Below, one piece after another: positions 36,694-46,714 of a stretch of 64,000 bases of DNA. The position numbers and the translations under genes are program-made. The notes beneath the pieces are model-generated. The model did no database searches. It was not told the DNA's origin and saw nothing but the letters and a program-made list of their open reading frames with translations. This stretch comes from an uncultured Prevotellaceae bacterium. Lineage in GTDB: Bacteria; Bacteroidota; Bacteroidia; Bacteroidales; Bacteroidaceae. The stretch spans positions 21,801-85,800 of the forward strand of contig OMXS01000018.1 of NCBI GenBank assembly GCA_900315095.1. Reading direction: 5' to 3'. Every line of letters starts with the position of its first letter. The first letter of the stretch is position 1.

Positions 36694-38898
36694 TTATTTC
36701 AGCGTATCAAAGAAGTGCTGTGCTATCTGCCTGAGCAGATGGTAACGCGTGTTGCCGCCATAGATGCTGTGGTTGCGGTTGGTGTAGATGTTCATCTTGA
36801 AGTCCTTGTCTGCCTGCACCAGTCGCTCCGTATATTCAAATGTGTTCTGAGGATGCACGTTGTCATCTGCCAAACCGTGACATATCAGCAGCGAGCCATG
36901 CAAGTTGCTGGCACGATTCATGGGATTGATGTCATAACCAGTTGGATTCTCTTGTGGCGTGCGCATATAACGTTCGGTATAAATGGTGTCATAGAAACGC
37001 CAGTCTGTTGGTGGAGCCACAGCAACGCCGGAAGCGAACGCTCCCCTGCCCTCACTCATGCTCATCAGGGTGTTGAAGCCGCCGTAACTCCATCCCCAGA
37101 TACCGATACGACTGCCGTCGATGTATGGCAACGACTTGAGATATATAGCAGTCTCAGCCTGGTCTTTCGCTTCCAGTTCGCCGATGTGGAGGTATGTGCA
37201 CTTCTCAAACTCAGCACCTCGTCCGCCCGTACCACGGCCATCAACACACACAATAATGAATCCTTGCTGTGAGAGATAATGGTCATAGAGACATCCTTGT
37301 CCCATAGAGCCAACACGCCATGAGTTCACAACCTGCTGACTGCCAGGACCGCCATACTGCCACATTATTACAGGATATTTCTTCGATGTGCTAAAGTCCT
37401 TCGGCTTTATCATTATGCCGTTAAGTTCCACACCCTCAGAGGTCTTGAACTTGAAGAACTCTTTTTCTCCCAAACCGAGACCGGCCAAACTATTCTTCAA
37501 CTGGGCGTTGTCAACAAGAGTGGCTATAGTCTTGCCGTCACGACTCTGAAGAGTGTATTTATAAGGTGTGTTGCAGTCGCTCCATGTATTCACGAAATAC
37601 TGATAGTTGCTGCTGAATGTTGCGCTGTTCCATCCTTTCTGCTGAGTTAGTCGGCTCACCTTTCCCTTCTTGTCTGCAGAATACACCTCACGGTTCATCG
37701 GGTCGATGCCTGCCGCCTGATAATAAACGGTAGCCGTTGCCTCGTCGTAGCCGTAAAGTTGTGTCACTTCGTACTCTCCGCTTGTGAGTTGTCGCTCCAT
37801 AGTGCCGTTTATGTCATAGAGATACAGTTGCATCTTGCCACTCCTGTCACTCGGCATAATAATATGCTGCTGCGTCATCATTATGCCGTCCATCGCCTCC
37901 TCCTTGACATACTTGTCCACCTTCTCCTTTATGAGCAGCTGACTTAGCGTTGAAAGCGGATTAACAGCATAGAGGCACAGTTCGTCTTGATGGCGGTTCA
38001 TGGTGTAAACCACAATCTTACTGGCATCAGAGGTCGGCTTTATTCTTGGAATATAACCCTCTGCAGGAACTGGAACCTGAAGTGTACGTGTTTGATGCGA
38101 CTTCACATCATAACTCATCACACTTACTTTCGAGTTCTCCTGCCCCGCCTTGGGATACTTATATGAATACTCTCCAGGATAGGTTATCAATTCAGTACGT
38201 TCAGGATAACTACCCTTGAACATTTGGAGAGCGTATGTCTTCACGCGACTCTCATCATACCTTATCCAACAGAGCACCGTTCCATCGGCATTAAAGGTCA
38301 TTGCTGTGCTGAAACCGAACTCTTCTTCGTTCACCCAGTCGGGTATGCCGTTGATTATCTCGTTGCGTTTTCCGTCTTTAGTCACTTGACTCTCAGAGTT
38401 ATCATAGAGCAACTTCACGAGAAATATGTTATTATCTCTAACAAAAGCAACCTGAAGTCCATCTTCCGACCATACTGGCGATTGCTGTGGACCGTTGTCA
38501 GAAAGACGCTCAAGTCGTTTGCTTGCTATGTTGTAAATGTAATAGTCGGCTGTAAAAGAGTGACGATAGATGCGCTTGGTATTTGTTCGGATGAGCATCT
38601 TCTTGCCGTCAGGACTCATTATATAACCGTCAAAATCCTTTATGGTAAGGTTATTGGTTGCATTTACATCAAATAGAACAGCCGTCTGCTTGCCTGTCTT
38701 GAACGAATATTGCACTATACTTTTGCCGTCATCACTTATCTGAGCATAACTCTCGCCATCGGGCATAGGAGTGATGTCACTAAGATACTGTGGCGCATAT
38801 CTGCCACTTGTAATGTTTCTGAGTTCGAGAGACTGCTGGGCCATCATACTAGCAGCAGAAACTAATACTGTAAGAAAGAAGAAAAATATTCTTTTCAT
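36694..38898 (-). CDS. dpp4: Dipeptidyl-peptidase IV (S9B)
   Basis: GIPDWVNEEE, YPKAG, GWSYGG nucleophile, DDNVH, NHSIYGG. Confidence 0.92.
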   Translation of the reverse strand: MKRIFFFFLTVLVSAASMMAQQSLELRNITSGRYAPQYLSDITPMPDGESYAQISDDGKSIVQYSFKTGKQTAVLFDVNATNNLTIKDFDGYIMSPDGKKMLIRTNTKRIYRHSFTADYYIYNIASKRLERLSDNGPQQSPVWSEDGLQVAFVRDNNIFLVKLLYDNSESQVTKDGKRNEIINGIPDWVNEEEFGFSTAMTFNADGTVLCWIRYDESRVKTYALQMFKGSYPERTELITYPGEYSYKYPKAGQENSKVSVMSYDVKSHQTRTLQVPVPAEGYIPRIKPTSDASKIVVYTMNRHQDELCLYAVNPLSTLSQLLIKEKVDKYVKEEAMDGIMMTQQHIIMPSDRSGKMQLYLYDINGTMERQLTSGEYEVTQLYGYDEATATVYYQAAGIDPMNREVYSADKKGKVSRLTQQKGWNSATFSSNYQYFVNTWSDCNTPYKYTLQSRDGKTIATLVDNAQLKNSLAGLGLGEKEFFKFKTSEGVELNGIMIKPKDFSTSKKYPVIMWQYGGPGSQQVVNSWRVGSMGQGCLYDHYLSQQGFIIVCVDGRGTGGRGAEFEKCTYLHIGELEAKDQAETAIYLKSLPYIDGSRIGIWGWSYGGFNTLMSMSEGRGAFASGVAVAPPTDWRFYDTIYTERYMRTPQENPTGYDINPMNRASNLHGSLLICHGLADDNVHPQNTFEYTERLVQADKDFKMNIYTNRNHSIYGGNTRYHLLRQIAQHFFDTLK

Positions 38899-38975
38899 CG
38901 TAGATTAATCGTTTAATTTGTGGCAAAGTTAAGAATTATTTGGTACATTTGCAAAGTTTATGCCTAAAAACACTT

Positions 38976-39887
38976 ATGGAAGAAGCGAAACACTACAACG
39001 ACTTCAGCACATGGCTGAGACATGTACTTGGATGCAAGGTGCAAAAGATTAGCATCGATGCCGGCTTCTCGTGCCCCAACAGAGATGGCACGTTGGCCAC
39101 AGGCGGATGCATCTTCTGCGACAACAAAGCTTTTTCTCCTGCTTATTGTAGAGGCGGCAAGAGTGTGAAAAGACAAATGGAAGATGGTATTTCATTCTTC
39201 AAGAGGAAGTATAAAGACATGAAATATCTTGCATATTTCCAAGCGTTTACAAATACCTATGCCTCTGTAGAACGACTGAAATGTCTCTATGAAGAAGCGC
39301 TTGATGTTGAGGATGTTGTGGGCATAGTGATTGGGACACGTCCCGACTGTGTCTCAGACGAGATTCTTGATTATCTTGAACAACTCAACCGACAGACTTT
39401 TATGATTGTGGAGTATGGTATAGAAAGTACCAATAACCAAATGCTGAAACGCATAAACAGAGGTCATACGTACGAATGTTCTGTTAGGGCAATAGAAAGG
39501 ACAAGAGAGAGAGGTATTTATGTTGGCGGTCATGTTATTCTCGGGCTGCCAGGGATGACAGAAACTGACTGCATCAGAGAGGTGGAGAGGCTCAACAAGA
39601 CAAGTCTCGACATACTTAAACTCCATCAGTTACAAGTAGTAAAGGACACACGTTTAGCAGAAGAATACCTTGAAAAACCGTTTAAAGTGTATGGAGTTGA
39701 AGAATACATAACGCTTGTAGCAACACTAATACAGCACATCAGGCCCGACATTATACTCGACAGGTTCATTTCTCAGTCGCCAGCAGAAATGCTAATAGCT
39801 CCCAAATGGGGGATAAAGAACTATGAGTTTGCTAATGCCCTTGATAATTATCTCGCCAAGAACAACATTTATCAAGGGGTGAAGTAG
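38976..39887 (+). CDS. TIGR01212 family radical SAM protein (YhcC-like)
   Basis: GFSCPNRDG...GGCIFC; YFQAFTNTY; GTRPDC; H.ILGLPG; KLHQL. Confidence 0.9.
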   Translation: MEEAKHYNDFSTWLRHVLGCKVQKISIDAGFSCPNRDGTLATGGCIFCDNKAFSPAYCRGGKSVKRQMEDGISFFKRKYKDMKYLAYFQAFTNTYASVERLKCLYEEALDVEDVVGIVIGTRPDCVSDEILDYLEQLNRQTFMIVEYGIESTNNQMLKRINRGHTYECSVRAIERTRERGIYVGGHVILGLPGMTETDCIREVERLNKTSLDILKLHQLQVVKDTRLAEEYLEKPFKVYGVEEYITLVATLIQHIRPDIILDRFISQSPAEMLIAPKWGIKNYEFANALDNYLAKNNIYQGVK

Positions 39888-39890
39888 TTT

Positions 39891-40706
39891 TTATTGAATT
39901 CCCGTTTCTTTGATAATATCGTTATACTCGTTGTTCACAAGCAGTTGGAGAATGGTCTTTGTTGAGTTTTTCAGCATGTATGTGTTTATGCTGTCAACAT
40001 ATTTTGTTGTGTACATTTTGTTTCCTGTAATCATGTTCACAACCCACATTATCTTGCCAAAGTGAAGGTCACGCTCCACTTGGGGACGGTTCTCAAAATT
40101 GTCAAGTGGATAGACGCTAAGTAAGTAGAAACACAAACAATCTGGCACGATATAACTACGTGTCATGCTTTCACGTTGACTCTGGCTATAGTACTTACGA
40201 TAGATGGAATAATTCTCGCCCATATACTTATCGAGAGAAATGCCCACTACCCCATCTCCTATTATAATACTATGCTCCAAGTCGCCTATCTGAGCGTAAA
40301 AACCAGGAACTGTAAGGTCTGGAATGTATGTCTTCAACTTGTCAAACGCATCGTTAAGACTTACATTTATATCATCCATATTGGCATATTCTGCCTCCAC
40401 ATCAGAAATAAGCACCTGCAGAGTGCTGTCTTGATAGTATTTGAGAAAAGTCCTGCTTATTTCAGGGTCATTCACTTCTCCTATGTGAAGAATGTCCTCT
40501 ATCAAAGTGCGTGTCTCAATGGGGAACTCTGTGTTCATCTGCTGAAGAGCGGCAAAATCACCTGTCGTAAGATACTGGCTCTGCAGTCTGTCATAGCGTT
40601 TCACCTCTATTCTTTGAGGCATATCATCATCGTTTGGACGCAACTTATATTCGCATCCAGAGCATAGCAATATTATTGAAATTACAATAAGAATGTACTT
40701 TCTCAC
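39891..40706 (-). CDS. GldB-like lipoprotein
   Basis: Lipobox CSGC; RYDRLQ..YL.TGDF.ALQQM; GISLDKYMG.NY..Y. GTG start. Confidence 0.75.
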   Translation of the reverse strand: MRKYILIVISIILLCSGCEYKLRPNDDDMPQRIEVKRYDRLQSQYLTTGDFAALQQMNTEFPIETRTLIEDILHIGEVNDPEISRTFLKYYQDSTLQVLISDVEAEYANMDDINVSLNDAFDKLKTYIPDLTVPGFYAQIGDLEHSIIIGDGVVGISLDKYMGENYSIYRKYYSQSQRESMTRSYIVPDCLCFYLLSVYPLDNFENRPQVERDLHFGKIMWVVNMITGNKMYTTKYVDSINTYMLKNSTKTILQLLVNNEYNDIIKETGIQ

Positions 40707-40835
40707 AACGACAATTTATTAAAAACTGTTGCAAAAGTACAAATAATATTTTAAACCTCCAAACTTTTATTAAAAATAATTAAATTTGGATGACTGATTA
40801 ACGCAATAGCATTCAATATATAGGTGATAAAGCAT

Positions 40836-40870
40836 AAAAATCCCCTTCTAAAAGTAGAAGGGGAAATTTT
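40836..40870 (-). terminator. Terminator after fcl
   Basis: AAAAATCCCCTTCTA-AAAG-TAGAAGGGGAAATTTT. Confidence 0.75.
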
Positions 40871-40876
40871 AACTTG

Positions 40877-41977
40877 TTATGTCGTGAGATGGTTCATGCA
40901 TATGCCCTGCTTATACCACTCATATAGTCGATGAATACCTTCGTCTATCTCTACCTTATGATGCCATCCGAGATTGTGCAGCTTAGTAACATCAGTAAGT
41001 TTTCGAGGTGTTCCGTCTGGTTTTGATGAATCCCATCGCAGTTCACCCTTGAAGCCAATCTCCTTGATTATCTTCTCGGCAGCTTCCCGAATAGTTACTT
41101 CCTTGCCCGTGCCGACGTTGATATGGCAATTGCGTATCTCCTTTTGTCCTGGTTCATATGTGTCCTTGAAGTCAACGTTAAGAAGTACATGAACACTAGC
41201 GTCAGCCATTTCCTCACTCCAAAGGAACTCACGCATAGGAGAACCTGTTCCCCAAAGGGTTACGCTCTCTGGACGAATACCGAACTTTGCCAGTTTATCG
41301 AGAATCTCCTCATTTGTATTACTGCCGTTAACGCCCTCGACAGGACGAAGATTTATATCCTTACGAACTGCATCCCAGTCACCTTCATTAAGACATTTAG
41401 CAAGATGCACTTTTCTTATCATAGCAGGCAGCACATGACTGTTCTCAAGATGGAAGTTGTCATTAGGACCATAAAGGTTTGTTGGCATAACAGCTATGTA
41501 GTTGCAACCATACTGTATGCTGAAACTCTCACACATCTTGAGGCCGGCTATCTTTGCAATGGCGTAAGGCTCGTTGGTATATTCCAGTTCGCTTGTTAAC
41601 AATGCCTCTTCCTTCATTGGCTGCTGCGCCATACGTGGATAAATGCATGTAGAACCAAGGAATAGCAATTTCTTAACTCCATGACGATAACTCTCCCCTA
41701 TCACATTCTGCTGAATCTGAAGGTTCTGATATATAAAGTCAGCACGATATTGAAGGTTTGCCATGATGCCACCCACATGAGCAGCAGCAAGTACTACTGC
41801 GTCTGGTTTCTCCTCATCGAAGAATTTCTTAACGGCAACAGGGTCAAGAAGATCAAGTTCTTTATGTGACTTGCCTATAAGGTTATTGTAACCACGGCTT
41901 TTCAGGTTGTTCCAAATAGCAGAACCCACAAGACCATGATGTCCTGCTACATATATCTTTGAATCTTTGCTTAACAT
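40877..41977 (-). CDS. fcl: GDP-L-fucose synthase
   Basis: YVAGHHGLVGSA, AAAHVGGI, LGSTCIYP, YAIAK, PTNLYGPNDNF, KPDGTPRK. Confidence 0.95.
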   Translation of the reverse strand: MLSKDSKIYVAGHHGLVGSAIWNNLKSRGYNNLIGKSHKELDLLDPVAVKKFFDEEKPDAVVLAAAHVGGIMANLQYRADFIYQNLQIQQNVIGESYRHGVKKLLFLGSTCIYPRMAQQPMKEEALLTSELEYTNEPYAIAKIAGLKMCESFSIQYGCNYIAVMPTNLYGPNDNFHLENSHVLPAMIRKVHLAKCLNEGDWDAVRKDINLRPVEGVNGSNTNEEILDKLAKFGIRPESVTLWGTGSPMREFLWSEEMADASVHVLLNVDFKDTYEPGQKEIRNCHINVGTGKEVTIREAAEKIIKEIGFKGELRWDSSKPDGTPRKLTDVTKLHNLGWHHKVEIDEGIHRLYEWYKQGICMNHLTT

Positions 41978-41988
41978 ATCTGTTATGT

Positions 41989-43074
41989 TTATTCTGCCAC
42001 CTGAGCTTTCAAGTACAACTTCTTAACGAACTTCATATCGTGGTCTACCATTATCTTCACAAGCTGCTCGAATGTTGTCTTGCGTGGATTCCATCCGAGA
42101 ACATCCTTTGCCTTCTGTGGATTACCAAGCAACTGGTCAACCTCTGCAGGACGGAAATACTTAGGATCAACCTCAACAATTACCTTGCCTGTCTTCTTGT
42201 CATATCCCTTCTCATCAACACCTTCGCCCCTCCACTCAAGCTCGATGCCTACATGATGGAACGCTAATGTGGCGAACTCGCGAACTGTGTGGTATTCTCC
42301 TGTTGCAATAACGAAATCATCTGGTTCTGGCTGCTGAAGGATGAGCCACATGCACTCGATGTAATCCTTAGCATATCCCCAGTCGCGAAGAGAGTTAAGG
42401 TTTCCAAGATAAAGCTTGTCCTGCATTCCTTGAACGATTCGAGCTGCAGCAAGTGTTATTTTGCGTGTAACAAAATTCTCACCTCTGCGCTCACTCTCAT
42501 GGTTGAAGAGGATACCGTTGCAGCAAAACATATTGTAAGACTCGCGATAGTTCTTCATTATCCAGAAGCCATAGAGCTTAGCAACAGAATACGGACTGCG
42601 TGGATAGAATGGTGTTGTCTCCGACTGAGGAACCTCCTGTACCTTGCCATAAAGCTCGGACGTAGATGCCTGATATATGCGGCAACTATGCTCCAAACCG
42701 CAGATGCGTACGGCCTCAAGCAGACGAAGCACACCCACAGCATCTGTATCGGCAGTATATTCAGGAACATCGAAACTTACCTTTACATGACTTTGAGCTG
42801 CAAGATTGTAAATCTCGGTTGGTTTTGTCTCTCCAATAATACGGATGAGTGATGATGAGTCTGTCATATCAGCCCAATGGAGATTAACCAGTCGTGCCTT
42901 TTTCATGTCTCGAACCCACTCATCAAGATAGAGATGTTCAATTCTTCCCGTGTTGAAAGAACTGCTTCTACGCAGAAGTCCGTGAACTTCATATCCCTTT
43001 TCGATGAGGAACTCTGCAAGATAAGAACCGTCCTGACCTGTTATACCTGTTATAAGTGCTACTTTCTTTTCCAT
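41989..43074 (-). CDS. gmd: GDP-mannose 4,6-dehydratase
   Basis: [56 protein letters not shown]. Confidence 0.96.
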   Translation of the reverse strand: MEKKVALITGITGQDGSYLAEFLIEKGYEVHGLLRRSSSFNTGRIEHLYLDEWVRDMKKARLVNLHWADMTDSSSLIRIIGETKPTEIYNLAAQSHVKVSFDVPEYTADTDAVGVLRLLEAVRICGLEHSCRIYQASTSELYGKVQEVPQSETTPFYPRSPYSVAKLYGFWIMKNYRESYNMFCCNGILFNHESERRGENFVTRKITLAAARIVQGMQDKLYLGNLNSLRDWGYAKDYIECMWLILQQPEPDDFVIATGEYHTVREFATLAFHHVGIELEWRGEGVDEKGYDKKTGKVIVEVDPKYFRPAEVDQLLGNPQKAKDVLGWNPRKTTFEQLVKIMVDHDMKFVKKLYLKAQVAE

Positions 43075-43098
43075 TTGTTATAATTGTTTTTATCGTTT

Positions 43099-44157
43099 TT
43101 AATTTCTGAAATCTTTTATTCTTTGTTCTTCAGACAGTTTGCATATTAGCAATTTGCCGTCTTGTTCTGCTACAATATAGCCGTCGAGACCCTGAATTAC
43201 CACTTTACTGTTCTGCATAGTATGAATGATGCAGTTGTGAGTTTCATATAATTGAACGTTCTCTCCTATCACGCTATTACCATATAGGTCGTGCTTTGTC
43301 TGCATAAGCAAAGAGCCCCAAGTGCCAAGGTCACTCCATCCGAAGTCTGCAGGACATACAAATATCTCCTCCACCTCTTCCATGATAGCATAGTCAACAG
43401 ATATGTTCTGACACTCTGGATATCGTTTGTCTATCATCTCCTGCTCCTTGTCGGTGCCGTAGATGGGCAGCATGCTCTCGAATATCTTACTCAGCACGGG
43501 CTGGAAAACGCGGAAGGCGTTGACGATAGTACTAACATTCCATATAAAAATGCCTGCATTCCAGAAATAGCTCTTGTCTTTGATATACTCTGTTGCTGTC
43601 TCAAGATTTGGTTTCTCCTTGAAACTGTCAACGCGGAAAATCTCCTTGTTGCGCATGCTGCTCATAGAAAGATCCGCCTGAATATATCCGTAACCAGTCT
43701 CTGGACGCGTAGGCTTCATTCCGAGAGTAACGATGGCGTCGCTATCTTCTGTAAATTCAAGACATTGCTTGATTACTCTTCTGAACTCATCAACGTTTGT
43801 AACTATATGATCGCTTGGCGTAACCACTACGTTTGCCTTGGGGTCTTGGCTCTTAATGCGCCAGCTGACATAGGCAATACATGGTGCTGTATTTCTGCGA
43901 CAAGGTTCACATAGCACATGGTCTGCAGGCATTTCAGGCAGTTGCTCCCTTACCACATCGGCATATTTCTTGTTGGTTACCACCCATATGTTCTCCTTTT
44001 CTATAACACCTTCAAACCTGTCCATCGTAAGTTGAAGCAAAGACCTGCCCACTCCAAGGACATCTATAAACTGCTTTGGTCGTTCATCGGTGCTCATAGG
44101 CCAGAACCTGCTACCTATTCCACCGGCCATAATTACCAAATGATTCCTGTTCTGCAT
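43099..44157 (-). CDS. manC: Mannose-1-phosphate guanylyltransferase
   Basis: IMAGGIGSRFWPMS...PKQF, EPCRRNTAP, ETGYGYI, FWNAGIF, WSDLGTW. Confidence 0.93.
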   Translation of the reverse strand: MQNRNHLVIMAGGIGSRFWPMSTDERPKQFIDVLGVGRSLLQLTMDRFEGVIEKENIWVVTNKKYADVVREQLPEMPADHVLCEPCRRNTAPCIAYVSWRIKSQDPKANVVVTPSDHIVTNVDEFRRVIKQCLEFTEDSDAIVTLGMKPTRPETGYGYIQADLSMSSMRNKEIFRVDSFKEKPNLETATEYIKDKSYFWNAGIFIWNVSTIVNAFRVFQPVLSKIFESMLPIYGTDKEQEMIDKRYPECQNISVDYAIMEEVEEIFVCPADFGWSDLGTWGSLLMQTKHDLYGNSVIGENVQLYETHNCIIHTMQNSKVVIQGLDGYIVAEQDGKLLICKLSEEQRIKDFRN

Positions 44158-44170
44158 GCTACAAATAAAA

Positions 44171-45160
44171 TTACTTTATGAAAATCTTTTTACCATTCCT
44201 TATATAAATACCTCTTGTGGGATACTGCACGCGACGCCCTTGCAAATCATATATTGCATTATCTTGCGCGCTTCTTTCTGTGTCCTCTACCTGTATTATT
44301 GCATTTGCTGCCTCATAATTATCGTACGAGAAAGGTACGTTAACCTTACTTCCCCATATATATTCCTCGAGTCCTGGATAGTCAATGAATGGGTTGCGGT
44401 TGTTCTGAATCTCATGAACCGCATTGTTTCTTGCAATTTCTTTCTCGCTTACCGGGTCTTCTCTTGACCAACGCATTAGCATGTTCATGTGCCATTCAAC
44501 ATATGGTTTGTATGAAGAATTTGTAAGGACAGGAGAACTCCAACTTGTGATTTCATTCTCATAACGTGTTGCCATGTAGAAATAGTTGCGTGCAAGGTCA
44601 CCCTTATACTCATCGTTGGGCTCAAATACTACATCCGAATACCCCGTTGTTTTACAATAGCCTCTTTTGCTATATCCGTTTGCGCTCTTGTAATTAATCT
44701 TTTCACTTCCATTTGCATCTGTCTCTCCGTAAGGATAGTTGCCACGCATGCTATTTACATATCCATCGGATGGCATAACATGAAATAGGTCAGTATACAT
44801 GGGATAGCCATCATTGAACCAACTTTTAGGAAAAGTATGCTCACGATTATAAACATCTCCTTCCTTTTTATAATTGCCAGCCTGATCGGTACGGAAAACG
44901 AAATTGGTTATATTACTATATATGTCATAAATGTGTATCCCGTCTGGTTTTATGTCTGTTGTCTCATAAGCATCCCACACCTGCTTGTATGTCTGCTGGT
45001 CATAATTAGCAGATATAATGTTGCGAAGTGATGTTTTCAACGAACTGCCCTTCTTGCCGTCAGCATTCCAATAGTAATCATTAGAACCATTAGGCCCTTG
45101 TGCAGAAACACTTATGCCAAAAGCCAACAATATAAGTAGTGAACATAACCTTAAATTCAT
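44171..45160 (-). CDS. T9SS-secreted endonuclease I (His-Me finger) nuclease
   Basis: YNREHTFPKSWF, DLFHVMPSDG.VN..RGNYPYG, FEP.DEYKGDLAR, D.VS.KE..RNN, Q.NRNPFID; CTD IYDLQGRRV...GIYIRNGKK. Confidence 0.9.
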   Translation of the reverse strand: MNLRLCSLLILLAFGISVSAQGPNGSNDYYWNADGKKGSSLKTSLRNIISANYDQQTYKQVWDAYETTDIKPDGIHIYDIYSNITNFVFRTDQAGNYKKEGDVYNREHTFPKSWFNDGYPMYTDLFHVMPSDGYVNSMRGNYPYGETDANGSEKINYKSANGYSKRGYCKTTGYSDVVFEPNDEYKGDLARNYFYMATRYENEITSWSSPVLTNSSYKPYVEWHMNMLMRWSREDPVSEKEIARNNAVHEIQNNRNPFIDYPGLEEYIWGSKVNVPFSYDNYEAANAIIQVEDTERSAQDNAIYDLQGRRVQYPTRGIYIRNGKKIFIK

Positions 45161-45276
45161 AATCGATGTATTTATATAAGTAATTGAAACTATGAATGTA
45201 GGTTGCAAAATTACAACATATTTTTGAACTATGCAAATTTTGTTTCAAGTAACAAGATATTTTATGTGTTGAATAG

Positions 45277-45310
45277 AAAAAGGACAGCCCATACATAATG
45301 GACTGCCCTT
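45277..45310 (-). terminator. xylA terminator
   Basis: AAAAAGGACAGCCCAT-ACATA-ATGGACTGCCCTT. Confidence 0.7.
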
Positions 45311-45336
45311 ACAATTATGAAACAATAATATGCTTA

Positions 45337-46656
45337 TTATTTAGCGAACCAAGCAACGATTGTCTCGTAGAGCTCCTGCTTGCCAGAAGTTGTCTTTGGC
45401 TCGTTAACTTCCTTGCCATAAGCGTAAACATCCTCGAGAGTAAGCTTGCCTTCCTCGAATTCCTTACCCTTACCAGCGTCGAAGCTGCTGTAACGCTCCT
45501 TAACCATGTTGCAGATAGTGCCGTCCTCGATGATTGCTGCTGCATTCTCAAGAGCGCGTGCCATAGCATCCATACCGCTGATGTGAGCGATGAATACATC
45601 CTCAGGATCAGTAGAGTTACGACGCATCTTAGCATCGAAGTTTGTACCACCTGTGCCAAGACCACCGTTACGGATGATCTGGAGCATAGCCATTGTGAGG
45701 TCGTAGTTGTCGATTGGGAACTGGTCTGTATCCCATCCGTTCTGTGCATCACCACGGTTAGCGTCGATAGAACCGAGCATACCGTTGTCAACAGCGCAAG
45801 CAAGCTCGTGCTCAAAGGTGTGACCAGCAAGTGTAGCGTGGTTAACCTCGATGTTCACCTTGAAGTCCTTCTCAAGACCATGAGCCTTCAAGAAACCGAT
45901 AACAGTCTCTGTGTCAACATCATACTGGTGCTTTGTTGGCTCCATTGGCTTTGGCTCGATGAGGAATGTGCCCTTGAATCCCTTAGCACGTGCATAGTCG
46001 CGTGCCATAGTCAGCATCATAGCCATGTGCTCCTTCTCACGCTTCTGATCGGTGTTCAGCAGGCTCATGTAACCCTCGCGACCGCCCCAGAATACGTAAT
46101 TCTGACCACCAAGCTTGATAGTAGCGTCGATAGCGTTCTTAATCTGAACGATAGCGCGAGCCACAACATCGAAGTCAGGGTTGGTAGAAGCACCATTCAT
46201 ATAGCGCTTGTTGCCGAATACGTTAGCTGTACCCCAAAGAAGCTTAATCTGAGGATTCTCAGCCATCTTCTGCTGTGCATAGTCAGTAATAGCCTTGAGG
46301 TTTGCCTCATATTCCTCTACAGAGTTGCCCTCCTCAACGAGGTCAATATCATGGAAGCAGAAGAACTCGATACCGAGCTTGTTCATGATCTCGAAGCCAG
46401 CATCCATCTTGTCCTTAGCACGCTGTACAGCATTGTCTGCTTTGTCCCACTCGTAAGAACGAGTCTGGCCGCCGAATGGGTCAGCACTTGCCTGTCCCAG
46501 AGTGTGCCACCATGCCATAGCGAAGCGGAGCCACTCCTTCATTGTCTTACCCATCACAACCTTATCAGCATCATAATAGTGGAATGCTAACGGATTCTTA
46601 CTGTCCTTTCCCTCGAAAGGAATCTTACCGATTTGTGGAAAATACTCTTTTGCCAT
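45337..46656 (-). CDS. xylA: Xylose isomerase (class II)
   Basis: AWWHT, FCFHD, WGTAN, FWGGREG, IEPKP.EP.KHQYD, NIEVNHA, DANRGD, GWDTDQF, NFDAK.RR. Confidence 0.97.
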   Translation of the reverse strand: MAKEYFPQIGKIPFEGKDSKNPLAFHYYDADKVVMGKTMKEWLRFAMAWWHTLGQASADPFGGQTRSYEWDKADNAVQRAKDKMDAGFEIMNKLGIEFFCFHDIDLVEEGNSVEEYEANLKAITDYAQQKMAENPQIKLLWGTANVFGNKRYMNGASTNPDFDVVARAIVQIKNAIDATIKLGGQNYVFWGGREGYMSLLNTDQKREKEHMAMMLTMARDYARAKGFKGTFLIEPKPMEPTKHQYDVDTETVIGFLKAHGLEKDFKVNIEVNHATLAGHTFEHELACAVDNGMLGSIDANRGDAQNGWDTDQFPIDNYDLTMAMLQIIRNGGLGTGGTNFDAKMRRNSTDPEDVFIAHISGMDAMARALENAAAIIEDGTICNMVKERYSSFDAGKGKEFEEGKLTLEDVYAYGKEVNEPKTTSGKQELYETIVAWFAK

Positions 46657-46714
46657 AATTGTTTAAATAATTGGTTTGTTATAATTAAATCCTTTTAATT
46701 GATTAAATTCTTTT

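Noticed and set aside
45298-46590. 430-aa + strand ORF
   Set aside because: Exact antisense shadow of xylA caused by codon bias.
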